The translations under genes and the position numbers were made by a program. This document shows positions 58,711-64,000 of a DNA stretch of 64,000 nt, piece by piece (positions within the stretch are counted from its first letter, which is position 1; each line of letters begins with the position of its first letter). The stretch comes from the human T2T-CHM13v2.0 reference genome, Homo sapiens, in NCBI RefSeq assembly GCF_009914755.1, contig NC_060926.1; one strand, 5' to 3'. The notes beneath the pieces are model-generated. The model did no database searches, was not told the DNA's origin, and saw only the letters and a list, made by a program, of their open reading frames with translations.

Positions 58711-59666
58711 AAATGCAAGCAACATATCCAGAAAATATTTTATTCCTCGGTGCCCATCTGAAGCGCAGCGAAACCACCTTTGAAGCCTCTGTGCCAACGC
58801 CACTCCATTGGGTACTGAAGGCTTCCCAGACCTGCAGTGCAGATCACAGGCATTGCCTTACCCCGTACCATCTTGGCATCTCCCTGGTAGTCTCTGTGAT
58901 GGAGAGACAGTGGAATAGAGTTGTCATGAGTGCAGGCTTTGGAACCAAACAGACCTGTCTTTGAATCCCTCTCTGACCACTTAGTGCCCATCTGGCCACT
59001 GTTTCTCATCAGTGAAATGGAGCAGACAACAATGCATGTGAGACAATGCATGGAAGGGGCATGTGGTGAGCACGCCCTAAATGGAAGCTAGTGTGATGTT
59101 GGCTTACTCAGCAAGGGCCAAAGAAGATGAAGTTAAATTAGGGGCCATCCCTTAAATCAGCTAAGCCCTTAAAGTTAAAGGAAAAGAAGATCCAAAAATG
59201 CAAGAAATGTGGGTTACTGCTGCAGCCTAGGGGGCTCCTCAGCAGCGTGTGCTGGCCTAGCAGAAGGTCCGCCCTGAGAGCAAGGAGAAAGTGTGAGCAG
59301 ATGGCAGCCTTCAGCCACAGAGCCTGGACGGAGGAACCACGTGCGCAGGAAGAAGGAACGGGGGAGCTGGAGGTCAGAGTGGTACAGCGCATGTCTGACA
59401 AGCAGTACCACCAGGAATAGCAGCCATCACTTGAAGGTTGATGGGCCTTTCCCCTAAATGAGAGGATACAGAATCCTCACCCTGCAGGGCAGACCACAGC
59501 AGCCTGCTGCCCACCTGCCAGAGTAGAGAAAAGAAGAGAATTTAGGTCATGCCAAATCAGGAGTGAGGCTGCCTGGAAGTCACTGATAGGAAGTACGCAA
59601 GTCTTAGCAAAATCTGGGGATGTCTAGCATCAAGTTAAGAAAATCCACCTTTGAGGCAATTCTATG

Positions 59667-59840
59667 CAGTGCTATGCTGGTAAATGTTTAACAACTGGCT
59701 CCCGGAACATTGCCAATTATTGTGCAAATATTCTCACCATGACCAATTGGAAGCTATCAAGAACATATCAATGAGTTCGCCAAATTCCTGAGACTTTAAT
59801 TGGTTCTTGTGAGCTTAGGAGCTGGCTGCAACCCATGCTG
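59667..59840. mobile_element. MER63-like hAT element
   Basis: cagtgctatgctggtaaatgtttaacaactggctc terminus. Confidence 0.7.
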
Positions 59841-61238
59841 AACGCTAAGTGACAATGCTACTCCATTTGCCTTCCACACCTGCCCTCTCTATCCATGTCA
59901 GGCTAACAGCAGCATTTCCCTGTGCTCAGGGCTTGGCCTGGTTTGGTACCTGTACATGCTAACAAACAACTGCCCACTGTCCACTCCCAGGTGACTTGGT
60001 AGCTTGGGATAAGGGACAGAGCCATTTCAGATATGAAACTTGGTCCCAGTCCTCACCCCGTGGGTGAGGAGCCACTTCCCCGGGCACATGCCTCAGAGAA
60101 AGCCTTGCTCAATGTGGGAGTAGGCAGGCCCTCGCAGGACGTGTTATGAGAGTTGGGCAAGAGGACCCCTGCTTCAGTCCCTCTCCTGCATCCTTCCAGC
60201 CAGTTCTGAGGATGTGATGTGCTTGCCAGCTCCTTTTCGCACTGGGTTTCCCCAGGAAGCGGTCATGTTTTCCAGCCACTCTTTATTCATTACCAAACCT
60301 AGATGTGTGTGAACCTCCACACTGACTACAGCTTGGAAGGTGCTTCTCTCAGGGGTTAATGAAAAACCTGCAGAGCCGGGTTTCTGGACCCAGTAGGTCA
60401 CACTGCATGGGACCATCCACACTTGATATTTTCCTTCTTGGGTAAAACTCATCCTCAGCTTACCTCTACTTGCAGGCTGCTTAGATGGCACTTCAGTGGA
60501 TTTACAGTGAAATGTTCTTTTCTTCTCAGGTAATTAGGTCCAGAGGAAAATGTGATCACCTGCCAGCCTGCCCAGACAGCGGGAGAGGTAAGCCTTCAGC
60601 TCTGCCAGCCTTGGTGAACTCGTGGCTGCCTGTAGCCCGTCCACCGGTTAGCACTCATCAGCTGTGCGGGGGGCCCTGTCCCAGGATAGGGAAGCTTCTG
60701 AGCCCTGCATTAACCAAAGTGCTGAAGACTCCACCAGGCAGGGGCCCAGCACTGGGAGACTGGGATTCTAATCTGTCCCCCAACTAACTCACTAGAACCT
60801 AAGGCGAGTCAACTTAGCCCTCTGGGCTTCCGTGTCTTCATCGGTACAAAGATTCCTCCTTGCCTCTCGTGCGAAATTATTAGGAGGCACGCATGGCATG
60901 AGGGATGTAAAGGTGCATTGGAGATGATTTACGATCAGCATTCTTTAAGATGTTGTTTACAAAGGCAAAGTAATGCTGGGAATTTGCTGGAGGCAAAAAT
61001 GGAGTTTTATCTGAAATGCTTTATTGATCATCCAACCATTGCTGACCTCAGTAAATCCCCAGCCTGTTTAGAGTAGCCAAGACACTGAGATAGCAAACAC
61101 TTCCCCAAGTGCATCTCCCAGCTCAGTAATACTGAGAGGACTACTACAAATACCACTGAGTGCCTGACACATCCAAATGAGAAAATGGTAGTAAATAAAA
61201 ACAGGCCCTGCTGCAACATCTAAGTGATTCCTCCCTCC

Positions 61239-61365
61239 CCAGCACCCAGTCCCATCCTCCGCTCAACCACTAAAACAAAAAAGGCCAATCTAAAGTCTCG
61301 CTCCAGCACCCAGTCCCATCCTCCACTCAACCACTAAAACAAAAAAGGCCATTCTAAAGCCTCGC
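61239..61365. repeat. 64-bp-period tandem duplication
   Basis: 61239-61301 versus 61303-61365, 3 mismatches. Confidence 0.95.
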
Positions 61366-61997
61366 AAGTGGAGGAACAGGCTGAACTAAGCACAGTGAGG
61401 GTTCTTTAAGGGGAGACAGGGGGTGCTTTACTCTCTTACTCCAGGAGTGAGCTTAGCCAGGACCACAAGCCTGATGCCTCCATGCTAGAAGGAGGAGCAG
61501 CCAAGCAAAGGTCACTGCATGGCTCCCACTGACACTTACCAGCACAGAGCCACACTCTCACCCTGCTGAGGCCAGTTGTCCACCCAGTACCCAGGCCTAG
61601 CAAGGACATTTGCATAGTGAGGACATCTCCTATGTGCTGAGCCAGAAGCAACTGCCAAGCCTCTGGACAGGTGAGATTGCAGAGAACCATTATCCAACCC
61701 CACCCCTGATGTCGGCTTGGATTTTCCTTTAGCTGAATTACATGACAGCTTTGTCTTCTAGCTGAGCCCCTGCTGGATCCCAGAAAGTCTCCATAAATCA
61801 GAGAGAAAACTGTTTTGAAGCAAAAAGTCTTTTCTACATAACAGTGCTCAGGCAGATGGCAATAATTTATCCTAATTAATAAGAAGAGTAGGTAACCTTA
61901 CAGAGCATGTACTATGGGAAGACACTGTTTTCAGTGTTTTATTGGCTTGAACTCATCTATCCATCATTACAACCCTGTGGGGTGACTACCCTTACTA

Positions 61998-62812
<815 letters not shown>

Positions 62813-63340
62813 AGTTTGGGAGCTGGGATTCAAACCTAGGCAGCCTGTGTACCATTATGCTACCTGATCTGGGTTCAAAGGCTGCTGGGGAGGCAGTCAC
62901 TGGGCTCAGGAGGAACTGAGAACCAGGCCAGGGTAGAGATTGGGAGAGGGAGGTGGCAGTTGTCTCTCACATGCCCAGCACTAAGCAGTCTTTCTCAAGA
63001 ATTTCAGTGAGATCCGAAATCCCACCATTAGCATGGTGACACTCTTGGTCATAGCTCAGCATTATTTAGGAGTTCCTACAGTTGCCCATACTCCTGGGAG
63101 AGACAAGACTCCAAATCATTGTTACTTTATAACTTCCCTGAGTGAATTTACAAATGCTTTTCCAGAGGGAACCACCAGATGAGTTCACGTTCCAGTGGGA
63201 ATTGGAGAGTGTCTGGAAGACTCTGAAAGTGCTGTGGGTAGCAGGGATCAGGGGAATACAAACCAAGGAACAAGCCTAGTGTGTCTGGGATTGGTGAGCA
63301 GCCCAGTGTACCTAAGCAGAGAAGGCTTCACCCCTGGGGG

Positions 63341-63876
63341 TGTGATGGTTTTAAAATATGTCTACAAATTCTTCAATACTTCTGCCTTCAAAAAGTGGAG
63401 GTCAACTGCCCTTCCCTTGAGTATGAGCTGAGCTTAGTGTCTTCGTCTAGTGAGTATGACGAGGCAGATATGACAGGGTATGACTGCAGAGACTATGTTA
63501 TAAAGGATGCCGAGGCTTCTTCCTTGTTTTTGCTCACTCTCTTATATTACTTGCTCTCAGGAGATTAGCTGCCATGTTGTAAGGATGCCCAAGCAGCTTA
63601 TGGAGAAGCCTGCATGGTAAGGACATGAGGGCTCCCCCAGCAGTCATGTCAGGAGCCACCTTAGAAACAAATCCTCCATGCCCAGGCAAGCTTTCAGATT
63701 ACATAGTTATCCCTGACAACATCCTGACTGCAACCACATGCCTAACCTGGAGCCAGAGACACCCACAAAGCCACTCTTGAATTTCTGACCCACAGGAACT
63801 ATAAGAATAAATCATTGTTGTTTTAAGCCACTGGGTTTTGGGGTAATACACTTTACCACTACAGATAATTAATATG
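63341..63876 (+). mobile_element. MLT1F-like solo LTR
   Basis: tgtgatggttttaaaatatgtctacaaattctt...aataaatcattgttgttttaagccactg...agataattaata. Confidence 0.8.
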
Positions 63877-64000
63877 GGAGTAGGAGGAAATCTGGTAGAA
63901 GCAGCACATTCCCACTCATGGAGGGCTTTCAACACCAATAAGCCAGCTTTGGTCTTCATGTCTTATGAGGAGTCAAGGAACATTTCAAGACATGAAATGA

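Overview
Primate (human-like) nuclear non-coding DNA dominated by interspersed repeats: Alu, L1, L2, MIR, MaLR/ERV1 LTRs and hAT/Tc-mariner MERs. No cellular protein-coding gene can be supported; the only recognisable protein homologies in the ORF track are L1 ORF1/ORF2/ORF0 remnants. The main structure is a ~13 kb nest of insertions (16.9-29.9 kb) holding a full-length, inactivated L1PA5-like element with a 15-bp TSD, a tail-less tRNA-Phe 5'-half retrocopy and an internally primed Alu monomer. All recognisable L1s are on the + strand, which hints that the window lies in a minus-strand transcription unit, and several minus-strand non-coding exon candidates fit this. The unique DNA holds dispersed and tandem duplications, template-switch hairpins, a CTCF-like motif, an AP-1/CCAAT/GC-box cluster and a recursive-splice-site-like motif inside an inverted repeat. 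I found no convincing new biological system. Repeat subfamily names come from recalled consensus sequences and should be confirmed with RepeatMasker/Dfam; boundaries of old repeats are approximate.
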